Part shown: positions 46,464 to 59,799 of the stretch, one piece after another
Position numbering within the stretch: position 1 is the stretch's first letter
Layout: each line of letters begins with the position of its first letter
Assembly: GCF_016903815.1 (NCBI RefSeq)
Contig: NZ_CP069974.1
Length of the DNA: 64,000 nt
Reading direction: 5' to 3' (one strand)
From: Escherichia coli
Lineage (GTDB): Bacteria; Pseudomonadota; Gammaproteobacteria; Enterobacterales; Enterobacteriaceae
Translations under genes and position numbers: made by a program
Notes under the pieces: generated by a model
What the model was told of the DNA's origin: nothing
Database searches by the model: none
Seen by the model: the letters and a program-made list of their open reading frames with translations, nothing else

Positions 46464-46509
46464 GTTCTCGTCTCCTTTACAGGGGCGGCATTGCCGCCCC
46501 GTCCGTTAA

Positions 46510-46935
46510 TCAGTCCAGAGCCGCGTAAATCGCGTTGCATTCGGGGTGAAATTCGATGTGACGCCACAACTGCGCATCGCGCATCCGGTAAAGCTGGGTC
46601 AGTCCTGCATCCCCGCTGTCGTGGTACAGCCACAACTGGCGGTTAATCACAAGGGAGGTCAGGATGATGCCTGCGGCATCAGCACTCACGGTACGGTCAA
46701 ACCAGTTTGCACCGTTCACCATGTGGAAACGGTCGCCATCCGGCATCATGTAACCGCCACCGTCCGGCAGGCGGATGAAGTGCCAGAAGCCTCCCTGATA
46801 TTCCGGCATCATTTTTTGCGCCAGCGCGTACACATACGCCTCGGCATACAGAAAATCGTTGCCAAACAGATACGGCAGAAAGGAGAGACGGTCGCACTCT
46901 TCAACATTCAGAGTGACAGGTTTCGCATATTGCAT
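46510..46935 (-). CDS. klcA: ArdB/KlcA-family antirestriction protein
   Basis: 141-aa ORF, family recognised by recall. Confidence 0.7.
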   Translation of the reverse strand: MQYAKPVTLNVEECDRLSFLPYLFGNDFLYAEAYVYALAQKMMPEYQGGFWHFIRLPDGGGYMMPDGDRFHMVNGANWFDRTVSADAAGIILTSLVINRQLWLYHDSGDAGLTQLYRMRDAQLWRHIEFHPECNAIYAALD

Positions 46936-47351
46936 GATGTTTTCCTCCGTTGTTCACATATTCCGCGACACCGGGCGGTGCCGTGCCTCCATAAAAGCCG
47001 GGCGAACAGGCGGGGATGCAGGGGCGCAAGGGAAGCCGCAGCCTGACGCACACGGCTGACGGGAGTTGCAGGGTGAGACCGCGAAATCTGAGCGGGTGAA
47101 CGACCGGAAAATCACGGCAGACGGGAAGGAGGGACCGGGTGACCGCAGCGGCGAAGCGTACCCTTGCATCAACGCCAGCCCGGCTAAGATGGAGGCACGG
47201 CACAGCCCGCACACGACGCTGAGGCCACATAACTGAAAAACCACAAGGCCATGCCCTGCATGGCCGGGTAAAGCGGAGCCGGCGGCGACTTCCTTTGTGC
47301 TCTGTCCGGGGACCGGCAGGAAAAAGGCGGGGATTTACCCCGCCAGTGTCA

Positions 47352-48179
47352 TCATTTCCGGATTTTTGCCAGGGCATCCGCCATGCTGCGGATTTCGGTC
47401 CGGGCTTCCCGGACCACCTCCCGCAGAACACCACGGTCAAACCAGCGGCGGGGCGGTTCATCCGGTATACGCAGCACATCGCAGGCCAGCCCACTGGACA
47501 GGATATGCTCAATACACTCACTGACCAGATACATTTCCACCGACGAAAAACGTGCTCCCCGGTTCACGATGGCATCGAGCACCACGGGCAGGTTTTCGTC
47601 ATCTTCATCGAGCCAGCAGGGGTGATCGCTTTCCTTCACGACCAGGCGAAAGCGGCGCGTCTGGCGGGTCAGCAACGTCTGACCGGTGGTGGTCAGCGCC
47701 GCACGGATACGCCGCGCATCTTCTGCCACCTGGTAACAGATGCTTCGTACCGCATCGTGCACCGCATCAAGAACAGCCCTGATTTCGTCTTCGGTCAGCC
47801 ATTCTCCGGCATACGGGAAAGACACCTGCGTTCCGTCTGCCGGAAGTACCGGCAGCGACTGCCACTGACTGCCGGACAGTACCAGTTCCGCCCCGGTTCC
47901 GGTCAGTCTCTGAATGGCGGAGGCCAGGAGCGGCGGCAGTACGCCGCCGTGACGGTTGATAAGTAACGTCGCCAGCCGGGGCGCATCCAGCCGCACGTAA
48001 ATGCTGATCCAGCCCGGATAGTTCGGATTTCGCTGGTCAACATCCGTCTCTTCCGGCCAGCCCTGCGCCAGCAGCAGGTTACGGGCGTGACGACAAATCA
48101 GTGCGTTCAGCGTGCTGTTTTCGTTCATGATTAAGCGTTCTCCCTGTATCGCCGCCCGCAGGGCAGGCGGCGATAACAT
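47352..48179 (-). CDS. Conserved leading-region protein of unknown function (275 aa)
   Basis: ORF with coding character; stop overlaps next gene start. Confidence 0.55.
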   Translation of the reverse strand: MLSPPALRAAIQGERLIMNENSTLNALICRHARNLLLAQGWPEETDVDQRNPNYPGWISIYVRLDAPRLATLLINRHGGVLPPLLASAIQRLTGTGAELVLSGSQWQSLPVLPADGTQVSFPYAGEWLTEDEIRAVLDAVHDAVRSICYQVAEDARRIRAALTTTGQTLLTRQTRRFRLVVKESDHPCWLDEDDENLPVVLDAIVNRGARFSSVEMYLVSECIEHILSSGLACDVLRIPDEPPRRWFDRGVLREVVREARTEIRSMADALAKIRK

Positions 48180-48613
48180 CAGTTGTTTTCGTGTGTGTTG
48201 TTTTTCAGCAGGGTGCGGGCCTGATTAACCACCGCCTGACGGCGGGTAACGCATTCCGGGACGGCGAGGCCGTTATCACGGGCGGCCCACTCACGTTTCC
48301 ACAGTGCCTGTTCAGCGGTCTGAATCAGGGACGCCAGCAGTTCAGCAGGGACGGTCACCTGGCGGTTTTCGCTCACGTTGCTGATAATCTCCATCACCGC
48401 GGCGGAAGAAATACCGGATTCAGTCCGCTGGTCTTCCGGGATGTCCTCCATGCGCGCCAGGACGGTCCTGATTTCATGATCGGTCAGAGAAATTTCCATA
48501 CCGTCAGCCAGTGCCTGAATCTCTTCCGGGGACCAGATAACCAGCATCAGCGGCGCGTCTCCCGGATACTTTGCTGCCAGCTCCCGGCATAGCGTTTCGC
48601 ATGTTCCGTACAT
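48179..48613 (-). CDS. Small acidic leading-region protein (paralog of 46041..46463)
   Basis: 144-aa ORF. Confidence 0.55.
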   Translation of the reverse strand: MYGTCETLCRELAAKYPGDAPLMLVIWSPEEIQALADGMEISLTDHEIRTVLARMEDIPEDQRTESGISSAAVMEIISNVSENRQVTVPAELLASLIQTAEQALWKREWAARDNGLAVPECVTRRQAVVNQARTLLKNNTHENN

Positions 48614-48848
48614 TCTCGTCTCCTTCTCAATCTTTGAAGCAGGAATCCAGTTCCAGAATTTCGGTATACGCCTCCATAAACAGGCGATTGGCGCGATACA
48701 GCGTCTGGCGTGTCAGGCGTTCAACAAGCACATCGGAATCAAAGCGACAGCGATGCTCCATATCGTTCAGCCTGGCCCGAAGGTCACACATGGTGTTGGC
48801 CACCTCCGCCACGTCGGCGCGAAGTTTTTCGTGTCCGGCATAGTTCAT

Positions 48849-49532
48849 TTACGCAGCCTCCGGCATAAACCAGTCATCATTCGCGGCCCCCTGCTGCATG
48901 GCCCGTTGCACGGCGGCAAGGCGTTGCTGCCCGGCACGGTGATACTGCTCAAGCAGCTCGATACCGATATACCGGCGTCCGGACTGGAGGGCGGCGACGC
49001 AGGTTGAGCCGCTGCCTGCAAACGGGTCCAGCACAATTGCGTTCGGGTGTGTGAAGCTCTCAATCAGCGGTTGCAGGCTGGTAACGGGCTTTTCCGTCGG
49101 GTGATGACGATTGCCAGAATATTTCCAGCCCAGCACGTCCGGCAGCGGGTTTTGTGGCAGACGTGGACGGCCTTTTGCCAGGATGTAGGCGCATTCGTGG
49201 CGATAGCCCACATATGCGGCCTTCGATGTGTAGTTTTTGGTGAAGACCAGGTGACCAACAACGCTGAATCCCGCATTTTTCCAGGCGGCCATAAAGCGAT
49301 CGACGCGGTTCCAGCCGTAGAAGCTCACCATCAGCGCGTCTTTTTTGAGTACGCGGTACATTTCATTACAGGCCGGTTGCAGCCATTCATCGGTTTTATC
49401 GCCGGCGATGGTGCGCCCGGAACGGTCACGAAAACCGACGAGATATGGCGGGTCAGTTAATATGAAATCAATGGCGTTATCAGGGATACGCGTCATAACA
49501 TCGATGCAGTTACCAAGGACAAAACGGGACAT
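48849..49532 (-). CDS. DNA methyltransferase (N6-adenine/N4-cytosine type, DPPY motif), orphan
   Basis: 227 aa with ILTDPPY and FAGSGST motifs. Confidence 0.8.
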   Translation of the reverse strand: MSRFVLGNCIDVMTRIPDNAIDFILTDPPYLVGFRDRSGRTIAGDKTDEWLQPACNEMYRVLKKDALMVSFYGWNRVDRFMAAWKNAGFSVVGHLVFTKNYTSKAAYVGYRHECAYILAKGRPRLPQNPLPDVLGWKYSGNRHHPTEKPVTSLQPLIESFTHPNAIVLDPFAGSGSTCVAALQSGRRYIGIELLEQYHRAGQQRLAAVQRAMQQGAANDDWFMPEAA

Positions 49533-49916
49533 AACAACGCTCCTTCTCTTACAGAGGGCACCGGGAGGGCCCCCCTGTGGTGCCCGTTCCCCGCTGCCTG
49601 TGGGCTGTTCACCGCGTCCGGTAACGGGTCAGGCCGACCGTGGAATATCGCAGCCGTCGTCTTTTTGACGGCGAGAATATGCCGCGAAAGCGGCTTGAAG
49701 GGCGTTCATCAGAAAAGGGCGACAGGCTGGCGTACACTGTCACCGGTGCCAGCCGGGAGCAGTAAAAGCGCCCGTCCCGTGCCCGCCGGACGCGGGACAC
49801 TGACCACAGGCAGCGTTCCTGCCGCGCCGCGTCAGCCGGCGCAGTAAAAAGAGGAGCACGGCGACATCCTTTGTCGGAAAAGAAACGGGCGGTTGCCCGC
49901 CCGTCTCCGTCATACT

Positions 49917-50888
49917 TCATCCCCCGTAATGCGCCACCTTGTCGACTATCCACTCCGGCGCGGTGACTTCCGGCAGCTCATCATCATCTGTCGGGGAAGA
50001 CCATTCCAGTTCCCCCCACAGCACATCAACAAGCTCTCCACGCTCATATCGCTGCCAGCCACAGAAATTGCAGCCCTGTTCGGCGTACCAGTGCTCCAGC
50101 GTGCAGCCGAAACGGCGGCTTAATTCTGCAACAACGTTGCTTTCCGGCTGACACCACGGCGTGTCGAAATCCACTTGAATGAAGTTTTCTCCCTGACGGC
50201 TGATATTCACCTCATACCCCACAGGCCACTTCACGCCATACTGTTCCGTATACCAGTGATACGCAGAAGGAACACCGTTCAGAACACCACCGTTAAAGCC
50301 ATTCACTTCAACATCCAGGCGGGTGGGCAGAACCGTCAGCAGGTCAAACGGCATGGTTTTTTCCGGCAGTACATTGTCACACAGACGGTTCCACCACACC
50401 GATACATCCTCGTTACTCCAGAAGCCACACCAGTCACCTCTTTTTGCGGTGAAATGCACGGTGATGGTTTCCCTGACCTCATCCGGTAATCCTTCCCAGC
50501 GACGCTGGCCAGTACCACTCTGCAGCCAGAGTTCATGCAGCATCAGGCAGTTTTGCTCATCCAGCAGTACACCGTTCTGCAGGTGTGTCAGCCAGCGGGT
50601 GAACGCGATATTCTCCGGCGATACAACACCACGTCCGGCATCCGTCAGTCCGGGGCACGGTTCAAACTGCACATCTTCAGTGGTCTGCAGAAGTCCGGCA
50701 CTTCCGGCCAGAAACAGCTGAATACCTTCATTTGTGGCGCGGCGATAAAGCGGTGTGACGGCACCGCTGGCCAGTCGTTTAATCTCAGCAATCTGTGCCG
50801 GTTCACCAGAAAAATGCATACGATTCGAGCACCAGTTTGGCATGGGAATTCTCCTCTCACATGCGGCCTCCATCAGGCCGTGCCGCAC
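49917..50888 (-). CDS. Conserved leading-region protein of unknown function (323 aa)
   Basis: Long ORF; alternative start MPNWCSNRMHF. Confidence 0.55.
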   Translation of the reverse strand: MRHGLMEAACERRIPMPNWCSNRMHFSGEPAQIAEIKRLASGAVTPLYRRATNEGIQLFLAGSAGLLQTTEDVQFEPCPGLTDAGRGVVSPENIAFTRWLTHLQNGVLLDEQNCLMLHELWLQSGTGQRRWEGLPDEVRETITVHFTAKRGDWCGFWSNEDVSVWWNRLCDNVLPEKTMPFDLLTVLPTRLDVEVNGFNGGVLNGVPSAYHWYTEQYGVKWPVGYEVNISRQGENFIQVDFDTPWCQPESNVVAELSRRFGCTLEHWYAEQGCNFCGWQRYERGELVDVLWGELEWSSPTDDDELPEVTAPEWIVDKVAHYGG

Positions 50889-51209
50889 CTGTAACCGGGC
50901 GACCGCATACGAATGCAGGTGCGGCCCCGAAGCCGCAGCGCGTGGAGGAGGAACGACGAAACGTGACCGGGTGAGGAGGCCGGCGACAGCGACACACTTG
51001 CATCGGATGCAGCCCGGTTAACGTGCCGGCACGGCCTGGGTAACCAGGTATTTTGTCCACATAACCGTGCGCAAAATGTTGTGGATAAGCAGGACACAGC
51101 AGCAATCCACAGCAGGCATACAACCGCACACCGAGGTTACTCCGTTCTACAGGTTACGACGACATGTCAATACTTGCCCTTGACAGGCATTGATGGAATC
51201 GTAGTCTCA

Positions 51210-51600
51210 CGCTGATAGTCTGATCGACAATACAAGTGGGACCGTGGTCCCAGACCGATAATCAGACCGACAACACGAGTGGGATCGTGGTCCCAGACTA
51301 ATAATCAGACCGACGATACGAGTGGGACCGTGGTCCCAGACTAATAATCAGACCGACGATACGAGTGGGACCGTGGTCCCAGACTAATAATCAGACCGAC
51401 GATACGAGTGGGACCATGGTCCCAGACTAATAATCAGACCGACGATACGAGTGGGACCATGGTCCCAGACTAATAATCAGACCGACGATACGAGTGGGAC
51501 CGTGGTCCCAGACTAATAATCAGACCGACGATACGAGTGGGACCGTGGTCCCAGTCTGATTATCAGACCGACGATACAAGTGGAACAGTGGGCCCAGAGA
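51210..51600. repeat. sopC: sopC centromere: 43-bp direct repeats each with TGGGACCGTGGTCCCA inverted motif (8 good units plus 1 degenerate)
   Basis: Period 43 bp from 51236; downstream of sopB. Confidence 0.9.
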
Positions 51601-51685
51601 GAATATTCAGGCCAGTTATGCTTTCTGGCCTGTAACAAAGGACATTAAGTAAAGACAGATAAACGTAGACTAAAACGTGGTCGCA

Positions 51686-52657
51686 TCAGGGTGCTGGCTT
51701 TTCAAGTTCCTTAAGAATGGCCTCAATTTTCTCTATACACTCAGTTGGAACACGAGACCTGTCCAGGTTAAGCACCATTTTATCGCCCTTATACAATACT
51801 GTCGCTCCAGGAGCAAACTGATGTCGTGAGCTTAAACTAGTTCTTGATGCAGATGACGTTTTAAGCACAGAAGTTAAAAGAGTGATAACTTCTTCAGCTT
51901 CAAATATCACCCCAGCTTTTTTCTGCTCATGAAGGTTAGATGCCTGCTGCTTAAGTAATTCCTCTTTATCTGTAAAGGCTTTTTGAAGTGCATCACCTGA
52001 CCGGGCAGATAGTTCACCGGGGTGAGAAAAAAGAGCAACAACTGATTTAGGCAATTTGGCTGTGTTGATACAGCGGGTAATAATCTTACGTGAAATATTT
52101 TCCGCATCAGCCAGCGCAGAAATATTTCCAGCAAATTCATTCTGCAATCGGCTTGCATAACGCTGACCACGTTCATAAGCACTTGTTGGGCGATAATCGT
52201 TACCCAATCTGGATAATGCAGCCATCTGCTCATCATCCAGCTCGCCAACCAGAACACGATAATCACTTTCGGTAAGTGCAGCAGCTTTACGACGGCGACT
52301 CCCATCGGCAATTTCTATGACACCAGATACTCTTCGACCGAACGCCGGTGTCTGTTGACCAGTCAGTAGAAAAGAAGGGATGAGATCATCCAGTGAGTCC
52401 TCAGTAAGCAGCTCCTGGTCACGTTCATTACCTGACCATACCCGAGAGGTCTTCTCAACACTATCACCCCGGAGCACTTCAAGAGTAAACTTCACATCCC
52501 GACCACATACAGGCAAAGTAATGGCATTACCGCGAGCCATTACTCCTACGCGCGCAATTAACGAATCCACCATCGGGGCAGCTGGTGTCGATAACGAAGT
52601 ATCTCCAACCGGTTGAGTATTGAGCGTATGTTTTGGAATAACAGGCGCACGCTTCAT
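51686..52657 (-). CDS. sopB: SopB (ParB partition protein)
   Basis: 323-aa ORF. Confidence 0.9.
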   Translation of the reverse strand: MKRAPVIPKHTLNTQPVGDTSLSTPAAPMVDSLIARVGVMARGNAITLPVCGRDVKFTLEVLRGDSVEKTSRVWSGNERDQELLTEDSLDDLIPSFLLTGQQTPAFGRRVSGVIEIADGSRRRKAAALTESDYRVLVGELDDEQMAALSRLGNDYRPTSAYERGQRYASRLQNEFAGNISALADAENISRKIITRCINTAKLPKSVVALFSHPGELSARSGDALQKAFTDKEELLKQQASNLHEQKKAGVIFEAEEVITLLTSVLKTSSASRTSLSSRHQFAPGATVLYKGDKMVLNLDRSRVPTECIEKIEAILKELEKPAP

Positions 52658-53832
52658 TATCTAATCTCCCAGCGTGGTTTAATCAGACGATCGAAAATTT
52701 CATTGCAGACAGGTTCCCAAATAGAAAGAGCATTTCTCCAGGCACCAGTTGAAGAGCGTTGATCAATGGCCTGTTCAAAAACAGTTCTCATCCGGATCTG
52801 ACCTTTACCAACTTCATCCGTTTCACGTACAACATTTTTTAGAACCATGCTTCCCCAGGCATCCCGAATTTGCTCCTCCATCCACGGGGACTGAGAGCCA
52901 TTACTATTGCTGTATTTGGTAAGCAAAATACGTACATCAGGCTCGAACCCTTTAAGATCAACGTTCTTGAGCAGATCACGAAGCATATCGAAAAACTGCA
53001 GTGCGGAGGTGTAGTCAAACAACTCAGCAGGCGTGGGAACAATCAGCACATCAGCAGCACATACGACATTAATCGTGCCGATACCCAGGTTAGGCGCGCT
53101 GTCAATAACTATGACATCATAGTCATGAGCAACAGTTTCAATGGCCAGTCGGAGCATCAGGTGTGGATCGGTGGGCAGTTTACCTTCATCAAATTTGCCC
53201 ATTAACTCAGTTTCAATACGGTGCAGAGCCAGACAGGAAGGAATAATGTCAAGCCCAGGCCAGCAAGTGGGCTTTATTGCATAAGTGACATCGTCCTTTT
53301 CCCCAAGATAGAAAGGCAGGAGAGTGTCTTCTGCATGAATATGAAGATCTGGTACCCATCCGTGATACATTGAGGCTGTTCCCTGGGGGTCGTTACCTTC
53401 CACGAGCAAAACACGTAGCCCCTTCAGAGCCAGATCCTGAGCAAGATGAACAGAAACTGAGGTTTTGTAAACGCCACCTTTATGGGCAGCAACCCCGATC
53501 ACCGGTGGAAATACGTCTTCAGCACGTCGCAATCGCGTACCAAACACATCACGCATATGATTAATTTGTTCAATTGTATAACCAACACGTTGCTCAACCC
53601 GTCCTCGAATTTCCATATCCGGGTGCGGTAGTCGCCCTGCTTTCTCGGCATCTCTGATAGCCTGAGAAGAAACCCCAACTAAATCCGCTGCTTCACCTAT
53701 TCTCCAGCGCCGGGTTATTTTCCTCGCTTCCGGGCTGTCATCATTAAACTGTGCAATGGCGATAGCCTTCGTCATTTCATGACCAGCGTTTATGCACTGG
53801 TTAAGTGTTTCCATGAGTTTCATTCTGAACAT
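52657..53832 (-). CDS. sopA: SopA (ParA partition ATPase)
   Basis: 391 aa with deviant Walker [14 protein letters not shown]. Confidence 0.9.
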   Translation of the reverse strand: MFRMKLMETLNQCINAGHEMTKAIAIAQFNDDSPEARKITRRWRIGEAADLVGVSSQAIRDAEKAGRLPHPDMEIRGRVEQRVGYTIEQINHMRDVFGTRLRRAEDVFPPVIGVAAHKGGVYKTSVSVHLAQDLALKGLRVLLVEGNDPQGTASMYHGWVPDLHIHAEDTLLPFYLGEKDDVTYAIKPTCWPGLDIIPSCLALHRIETELMGKFDEGKLPTDPHLMLRLAIETVAHDYDVIVIDSAPNLGIGTINVVCAADVLIVPTPAELFDYTSALQFFDMLRDLLKNVDLKGFEPDVRILLTKYSNSNGSQSPWMEEQIRDAWGSMVLKNVVRETDEVGKGQIRMRTVFEQAIDQRSSTGAWRNALSIWEPVCNEIFDRLIKPRWEIR

Positions 53833-54199
53833 CCTTTAATCATTGCTTTGCGTTTTTTTATTAAATCTTGCAATTTACTGCAAAGCAACAACAAAATCGC
53901 AAAGTCATCAAAAAACCGCAAAGTTGTTTAAAATAAGAGCAACACTACAAAAGGAGATAAGAAGAGCACATACCTCAGTCACTTATTATCACTAGCGCTC
54001 GCCGCAGCCGTGTAACCGAGCATAGCGAGCGAACTGGCGAGGAAGCAAAGAAGAACTGTTCTGTCAGATAGCTCTTACGCTCAGCGCAAGAAGAAATATC
54101 CACCGTGGGAAAAACTCCAGGTAGAGGTACACACGCGGATAGCCAATTCAGAGTAATAAACTGTGATAATCAACCCTCATCAATGATGACGAACTAACC

Positions 54200-54410
54200 C
54201 CCGATATCAGGTCACATGACGAAGGGAAAGAGAAGGAAATCAACTGTGACAAACTGCCCTCAAATTTGGCTTCCTTAAAAATTACAGTTCAAAAAGTATG
54301 AGAAAATCCATGCAGGCTGAAGGAAACAGCAAAACTGTGACAAATTACCCTCAGTAGGTCAGAACAAATGTGACGAACCACCCTCAAATCTGTGACAGAT
54401 AACCCTCAGA
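54200..54410. repeat. incC: incC iterons (TGTGACAAATTGCCCTCAG-type direct repeats)
   Basis: Repeats at ~54244, 54335, 54369, 54390. Confidence 0.8.
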
Positions 54411-55480
<1,070 letters not shown>

Positions 55481-55939
55481 GTTTTTTCAGGCATCGTGTG
55501 TAAGCAGAATATATAAGTGCTGTTCCCTGGTGCTTCCTCGCTCACTCGAGGGCTTCGCCCTGTCGCTCGACTGCGGCGAGCACTACTGGCTGTAAAAGGA
55601 CAGACCACATCATGGTGCTGTGTTCATTAGGTTGTTCTGTCCATTGCTGACATAATCCGCTCCACTTCAACGTAACACCGCACGAAGATTTCTATTGTTC
55701 CTGAAGGCATATTCAAATCGTTTTCGTTACCGCTTGCAGGCATCATGACAGAACACTACTTCCTATAAACGCTACACAGGCTCCTGAGATTAATAATGCG
55801 GATCTCTACGATAATGGGAGATTTTCCCGACTGTTTCGTTCGCTTCTCAGTGGATAACAGCCAGCTTCTCTGTTTAACAGACAAAAACAGCATATCCACT
55901 CAGTTCCACATTTCCATATAAAGGCCAAGGCATTTATTC

Positions 55940-56746
55940 TCAGGATAATTGTTTCAGCATCGCAACCGCATCAGACTCCGGCATCGCAAACTGCACCCGG
56001 TGCCGGGCAGCCACATCCAGCGCAAAAACCTTCGTGTAGACTTCCGTTGAACTGATGGACTTATGTCCCATCAGGCTTTGCAGAACTTTCAGCGGTATAC
56101 CGGCATACAGCATGTGCATCGCATAGGAATGGCGGAACGTATGTGGTGTGACCGGAACAGAGAACGTCACACCGTCAGCAGCAGCGGCGGCAACCGCCTC
56201 CCCAATCCAGGTCCTGACCGTTCTGTCCGTCACTTCCCAGATCCGCGCTTTCTCTGTCCTTCCTGTGCGACGGTTACGCCGCTCCATGGGTATTTTCAGT
56301 GTTGCCACCATCGTCTGCAGCTGGCTGACGTACCAGGAGTCAGAGAGCGGAACCAGCCGGTGAGTCTGCTGACCGGCGGGCATTCTCCCCGCCGTCCTGG
56401 CAGCTTTTTCGGTCCGTTGTTTCAGGGTCGCAAGCTGCACAAACGGATACGGAGGCGCAAGCGAAAAATCCCCCCGCGTCAGCGCCAGTGCTTCATTAAT
56501 GCGTGCTCCGGTGTTCCACAGTGTGGCCAGCAGCATCTTGCGGTGCAGATCCGGGACGTAATGGAGCAGGGCACTCACTTCCGGAGCCAGCAGATATTTT
56601 GGCAGTTCATCATGGACCATCGACATCTGGCGAAGTGCCAGAGCTGCCGGATAATCAATGGCAACAGGCAGCGATGCAGGCTGCCCGGCAGAATACACTG
56701 CCGGTACCATGACTGCAGACTGGCTGTGTATAACGGAGCCTGACAT
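55940..56746 (-). CDS. resD: ResD site-specific recombinase (tyrosine recombinase, multimer resolution)
   Basis: 268 aa with C-terminal HTFRHSYA...Y motif. Confidence 0.85.
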   Translation of the reverse strand: MSGSVIHSQSAVMVPAVYSAGQPASLPVAIDYPAALALRQMSMVHDELPKYLLAPEVSALLHYVPDLHRKMLLATLWNTGARINEALALTRGDFSLAPPYPFVQLATLKQRTEKAARTAGRMPAGQQTHRLVPLSDSWYVSQLQTMVATLKIPMERRNRRTGRTEKARIWEVTDRTVRTWIGEAVAAAAADGVTFSVPVTPHTFRHSYAMHMLYAGIPLKVLQSLMGHKSISSTEVYTKVFALDVAARHRVQFAMPESDAVAMLKQLS

Positions 56747-57272
<526 letters not shown>

Positions 57273-57905
57273 AGCACACCTCTTTTTGACATACTTCGGG
57301 TATACATATCAGTATATATTCTTATGCCGCAAAAATCAGCGCGCAAATACGCATACTGCTATCTGGCTTTTAGTAAGCCTTATGTATTTTACCTTTCGTT
57401 ATGTTAACCAATAAAAATTAAAATCTGACTTATAAAAACAAAGCGTAATTACCGCATTCCCGTTTCGTATGGATCCGACTTTATTTGAATAAACGACTTT
57501 CCGGAAGTGTACAACGCTGAGAAAATCATCATATCGCTGTTTTCCGCCCCTGCACGGCGCATCACAGGTCAGGGAAATAACACAACATATAGTGTCATCA
57601 GCAGCTGAATCCGGCACCACATGTTGTGCTTACAGGAAGTGGCGTTGTGTGGGGGGGAGAGGAAGATCCGTAACTGCCGGAAACCGGATCTCAGAAGAGA
57701 AAAAGAAGAGTTGTTGCAAGATAAGCACAAAAAATGGTGGTTTGTTGAGATATGGTAATTATTGCTCAGTGGGCAAAATTCAGAACAGAGTTAGCCTGAA
57801 ATTGCAAAAAACAGGCCAGAAAAACTTTTTTCAGCTCATTTTCATCAACCGGCCTTAAAGGCTGCTTCGGATTTCCTAAATACAGTTTTACATAAGGAAC
57901 ATCGT

Positions 57906-58103
57906 ATGACTGTATTTCTCATGGCCGTTTTCTATGGCCTCTTAAAAACTGGCTCTCTCATTGCCCTACTTGTTGATGCCTATAAAGGCTGGACCTTGTT
58001 CTGGAAGAACTATGATCGACTCCCCCATATCTACCGTTCGCAATGGCGATATCAGCGACGCTTCATTCTCAAAAGAATCTGGAAACGCATCAGAACCGGC
58101 TAA
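57906..58103 (+). CDS. Small membrane protein, hydrophobic N-terminus and basic C-terminus (65 aa)
   Basis: RBS AAGGAA 7 nt upstream of ATG; convergent with HTH gene. Confidence 0.35.
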   Translation: MTVFLMAVFYGLLKTGSLIALLVDAYKGWTLFWKNYDRLPHIYRSQWRYQRRFILKRIWKRIRTG

Positions 58104-58384
58104 GCCGGTTCTTCCAGCAGCATCCCCAACCCGGCCAGCCAGCACAGACAGCACCAGGTGGTGAACACCATTCTGGTCTCGCCGGATTTCCACTTACGGA
58201 TGGTGCGCTCGTCCACATCTAGCCGGTTGGCCAGCTGGATATCTGTGAGCGGGATCAGCGCCCGGACCACGCTGACTTCACTGGCTGAAGGTGCCATCCA
58301 GCTCTCGCCCGAGCACAGTGTTTCAGGGTTAAATTTCTCTAGTTCTATCAGCCCCTGAACCTGACGGGCATTTTCTGCCTTCAT
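58100..58384 (-). CDS. HTH (XRE-like) DNA-binding protein with hydrophobic C-terminus
   Basis: 94 aa with LTDIQLANRLDVDERTIRKWKSGE helix-turn-helix; 19 bp downstream of the 377-aa gene. Confidence 0.55.
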   Translation of the reverse strand: MKAENARQVQGLIELEKFNPETLCSGESWMAPSASEVSVVRALIPLTDIQLANRLDVDERTIRKWKSGETRMVFTTWCCLCWLAGLGMLLEEPA

Positions 58385-58403
58385 ATGCGGTTAACCTTTC
58401 TGA

Positions 58404-59537
58404 TCAGGATTGCGACACACTTTGTACACGATGGGCAAGACGGCGCGTTTCTTCCACGGCCCTGAGTTCATTTGCTTTTTCTATCATTTCTGCGGTTGGT
58501 TCAGAAAGTTTTTCAAAAAACTCCTTAAACCTCTTTGCAACTGACTGCAGAGAAACACTGTCAGTTCTCGCTGTTTTAAGATTGGTGTAGACGAGGCGGG
58601 AAAGGGGTTTGGTCAGTTCCTTCCGTTCCATGTATCGTTTGAAGATCCAGAGATAAATATCAACCAGTTCCAGCCCGGCACTCATCGTTCCCGACTGGAA
58701 GACAAGCGGTTTTGCTGGCATGTTCTTCATATCCATGACAGGCAAACCCGGCCCCAGTGCCCACGGCTGTTCGCGGATCTGGTAGTAAAACTCGTTCAAC
58801 TCCCGCTGGGTGGTGTTGAACTGTGACTGCTGGTCAACAATGATATCTGCTTTCCGGTTCGGTGCCCCCAGACGAGAGCAGATCCCGTGCAAAACGGACT
58901 GAAAACCAATCATATTGGGCATGATCTGCAACTTTTCCTTATTGGTTTTGCAGTTGTACCCCAGCTCATCAAAGTTGACCATCGCCCAAGATAGGGCATC
59001 GGTAATGAGTTCAACTGAACGGGCATCACCCAGAGAGTGAACGCGCTGAAGCAGCACTCCACAAACCTCACTGAATAATGAGCAAGAACGTTCATCATGA
59101 GCCTCAAGACGGGCACGCCACGCTTTTTCAGCCAGCTCATCATCAAACAGATTAGACAGATTCAGCAGCAGGGGATAGCGCAGAGGGGTCCAGTAGGCAC
59201 TCCAGGGCACAACCGGATTCAGTCCCTGATCAAACACCTGGTCGAAGAACGAAATAATGGCGTGATCGCGCTTAACCACCTGCCAGATATCAAACCGTAT
59301 CCGGTGATTTTTCTGCAGGACCAGCAGCGTATCCACAACTTCTGAAAGGCGGTGCACGCCCAGTTCCGCAGCGTGCAGGCGCTCCACGCCCAGAGTTTTG
59401 CGTAATGCGGCAAGATCCGCTTCAGCAACCTTATCTAGGTCAGCCTCTGAGGACAGTACTCCGTAGGAGAGGATTGGCTGGGTTTTGTCAAAAAGGTTTC
59501 GGCCAGTCTGGCCTGTTTCATCCACATAAAAGTGCAT
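58404..59537 (-). CDS. DUF3800-like protein (377 aa), function unknown
   Basis: N-terminal FYVDETGQTG (conserved D-E motif), size in family range; assignment by recall only. Confidence 0.55.
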   Translation of the reverse strand: MHFYVDETGQTGRNLFDKTQPILSYGVLSSEADLDKVAEADLAALRKTLGVERLHAAELGVHRLSEVVDTLLVLQKNHRIRFDIWQVVKRDHAIISFFDQVFDQGLNPVVPWSAYWTPLRYPLLLNLSNLFDDELAEKAWRARLEAHDERSCSLFSEVCGVLLQRVHSLGDARSVELITDALSWAMVNFDELGYNCKTNKEKLQIMPNMIGFQSVLHGICSRLGAPNRKADIIVDQQSQFNTTQRELNEFYYQIREQPWALGPGLPVMDMKNMPAKPLVFQSGTMSAGLELVDIYLWIFKRYMERKELTKPLSRLVYTNLKTARTDSVSLQSVAKRFKEFFEKLSEPTAEMIEKANELRAVEETRRLAHRVQSVSQS

Positions 59538-59799
59538 TCAGATATCCTTTTCAAGGCAGGAGGAAAAGAAACGGCATAATTCAAATCAATGTAAAACCTT
59601 CCTGTTGCCGGCTGCAAGTGATCCTCTTAAATGAGTTTTCGGATCTAAGGAAGAGAGAAGAGGGATTATTGTATGAATGGCACAAAAAGCGACGGATTGT
59701 TGCGGTGAATAGATTATTGCTTAGGAAGCAAAATTTATAGTAATTGATAACTCTAATGCAATTAAACAGCGACCCCATCAGGGGTCACCGTAATTTTGA

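Noticed and set aside
49609-49953. 114-aa minus-strand ORF
   Set aside because: Arg-rich low-complexity frame in a GC-rich intergenic stretch overlapping the start region of the 323-aa gene; no RBS.
51210-51600. Possible CRISPR array
   Set aside because: Repeats are 43-bp direct tandem units with no intervening unique spacers and no cas genes; this is the sopC centromere.
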